Part shown: positions 53,695 through 55,148 of the stretch, one piece after another
Layout of the letters: each line of letters starts with the position of its first letter
Position numbering within the stretch: the first letter of the stretch is position 1
Source of the DNA: a virus
Taxonomy: Duplodnaviria; Caudoviricetes
Reading direction: 5' to 3' (one strand)
IMG/VR virus record: IMGVR_UViG_3300032257_000016
Coordinates: 1-55,148 of that record
Length of the DNA: 55,148 nt
Program-made: the position numbers and the translations under genes
Notes under the pieces: model-generated
Seen by the model: only the letters and a program-made list of their open reading frames with translations
The model's database searches: none
Told to the model about the DNA's origin: nothing

Positions 53695-55148
53695 TCAACT
53701 TATAATTGTTTGATTCAGCCTTTCAGTAATCGTTGTTGCATTTAATTGTTCGGTTATGGTTGTATTATTCAGCTGCTCAGTGATTGTTGTTGAGTGCTGA
53801 TGATAAAAACTACCGATACCAAGAGCCGTTAAATTGGCAGATACATTAATTGACGCATTCACCCCAGCAATCATTCTTATTGCCGTGGTCAGTGCAGCTG
53901 AAGTGTTAGCTGAACCGGAAACACTTGATTTTAGCGAAGCTGACGAACTTGACAGCGAACCAGAGACAGTCGCGGATAATGAAGCAGCTGCCTTAAACGA
54001 AATACCCGTTGTTAGTCCAGGCTGCAATGTTGCAATTGCATTTGCAGTACCTTTTAACTGTATTTCTGTAGTAAGCCCCGCAGATGCTGTCGCATTTACT
54101 TGAGCGTTAGCCCTCAATGTAGCGCCGCTACTTAATGTTCCTGACGTTGATGCAGTTAAAGAAACTGGCGCTTTAAGAGTTATTTCAGTTGTTAACCCAC
54201 CGGTTGCATTTAATGATACTGATGGAGTCGCCTTAAATAAGTCAGCCCCAACTGTCAGCCCGGCAGAAACATTCGCAGTGATACTCGCTGGCGCTTTTAG
54301 TGTTACTGCTGTAGTAAGCGATCCAGAGACTGAGGCCTGCGCATTGACTGCCGCATTAAATGAAGCCGTTGTTGACAGGTTTCCTGATGCCGTCATTTGT
54401 GCATTAACTGACGACTTAAAGGATATAGAAGTCGTTAATGCACCTGAAACCGTAGCCGATCCATTAGACAGCGCGTTAAATGTAATTGCGCTTGTCATTG
54501 CCCCACTGATAATAGTGGAGCCTAACACTGACGAACTCAGTGAAATCTCTGTAGTCAGTCCAGCTGACACTCCGGCTGAAGCTGAGATAGAGGACTGAAA
54601 TGCAGCACCGCCGCCACCTGCAGCATCATCAACCTGAAAATCATAAAACTTACCGTTATTATTTGCGTGTAAGTTGTGATGAAATCCTGCTCTTGTTCCT
54701 GTCGTTATGCCGCTATCCGTTGCTGTCAGATATGTCGTGCCATTAATCTTCCACTCAAGGCTTGAACCGTTAACGCTGATTTCATTCGTATATGTTGTGT
54801 TTAAGTCCCATGCTGTTACTAAGTCGCTGGCAAGTGTTGTCCATGTATTATTAACAATTCTATCTATGTATATGCTTGGATCACCAACCCGGTGATTAAA
54901 GTTATAGTTTGTTTCAGAAGCGCTGGCTAAAACATTATTATTACGCGCCATAATGGAATAACGATTATCAGCGCCACCACAATTCCAGTTTGCCGTTATC
55001 CACTGATCTGTTGTTCCGGCATCAATTATAGCTCCACTGTTTGCAGCGGTTATATAAAGGCCACCTGAGCCGTCGAGCTTTACATTTCCAGAATTATCCG
55101 TCCAGCCACCACCCACGACATCAGTATCAGGCGTGTGCGCGTTTAGGT
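53695..55148 (-). CDS. Fibre-like protein: lectin/ConA-like domain, 13 ~20-aa repeats, TTITEQLN repeats (5' end beyond the window)
   Basis: Frame is open to the window edge (..LNAHTPDTDVVGGGW..); repeats read from the translation. Confidence 0.75.
   Translation of the reverse strand, partial: LNAHTPDTDVVGGGWTDNSGNVKLDGSGGLYITAANSGAIIDAGTTDQWITANWNCGGADNRYSIMARNNNVLASASETNYNFNHRVGDPSIYIDRIVNNTWTTLASDLVTAWDLNTTYTNEISVNGSSLEWKINGTTYLTATDSGITTGTRAGFHHNLHANNNGKFYDFQVDDAAGGGGAAFQSSISASAGVSAGLTTEISLSSSVLGSTIISGAMTSAITFNALSNGSATVSGALTTSISFKSSVNAQMTASGNLSTTASFNAAVNAQASVSGSLTTAVTLKAPASITANVSAGLTVGADLFKATPSVSLNATGGLTTEITLKAPVSLTASTSGTLSSGATLRANAQVNATASAGLTTEIQLKGTANAIATLQPGLTTGISFKAAASLSATVSGSLSSSSASLKSSVSGSANTSAALTTAIRMIAGVNASINVSANLTALGIGSFYHQHSTTITEQLNNTTITEQLNATTITERLNQTIIS

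Noticed and set aside
1-55148. Closed circular genome or terminal repeat
   Set aside because: No end-to-end overlap is visible and the two truncated ORFs do not join in frame
43802-55148. Diversity-generating retroelement acting on fibre genes
   Set aside because: No reverse transcriptase ORF and no template/variable repeat pair noticed; the missing gap cannot be assessed
1-55148. Alternative genetic code or stop-codon recoding
   Set aside because: The standard code gives intact, densely packed genes, including a 14.7-kb ORF

Overview
The window is a near-complete ~55 kb temperate podovirus-type phage genome in excised or virion form, since attP is intact and internal. It has a P22-like portal, an N4-gp56-type major capsid, no tape measure or sheath genes, and a 4906-aa DarB-like polyvalent protein, which resembles Bcep22-like podophages. 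The host is probably a proteobacterium; the phage integrates into tRNA-Val(GAC). A lambdoid switch (cI/cro/cII, five TAAACC-N3-GGTTTA-type operators) separates a plus-strand recT-yqaJ-ssb-xis-int arm from a minus-strand replication, nin-like, Q and late arm. Both window ends cut ORFs that lie between the portal and scaffold genes. The most notable observation is a candidate phage-encoded translational control system. A divergent 60-aa CsrA/RsmA-fold protein is encoded just upstream of the major capsid gene, and four copies of an RNA hairpin GCGC-A(U/A)GA-GUGC lie 24-32 nt upstream of late-gene start codons whose ribosome-binding sites are buried in a second hairpin. Other points are an acr/aca-like strong-promoter cassette, an RyR domain inside a head-module protein, a possible repeat-templated fibre system, and an integrase with a displaced catalytic Arg. 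All family calls come from motif recognition by eye; no database searches were run.
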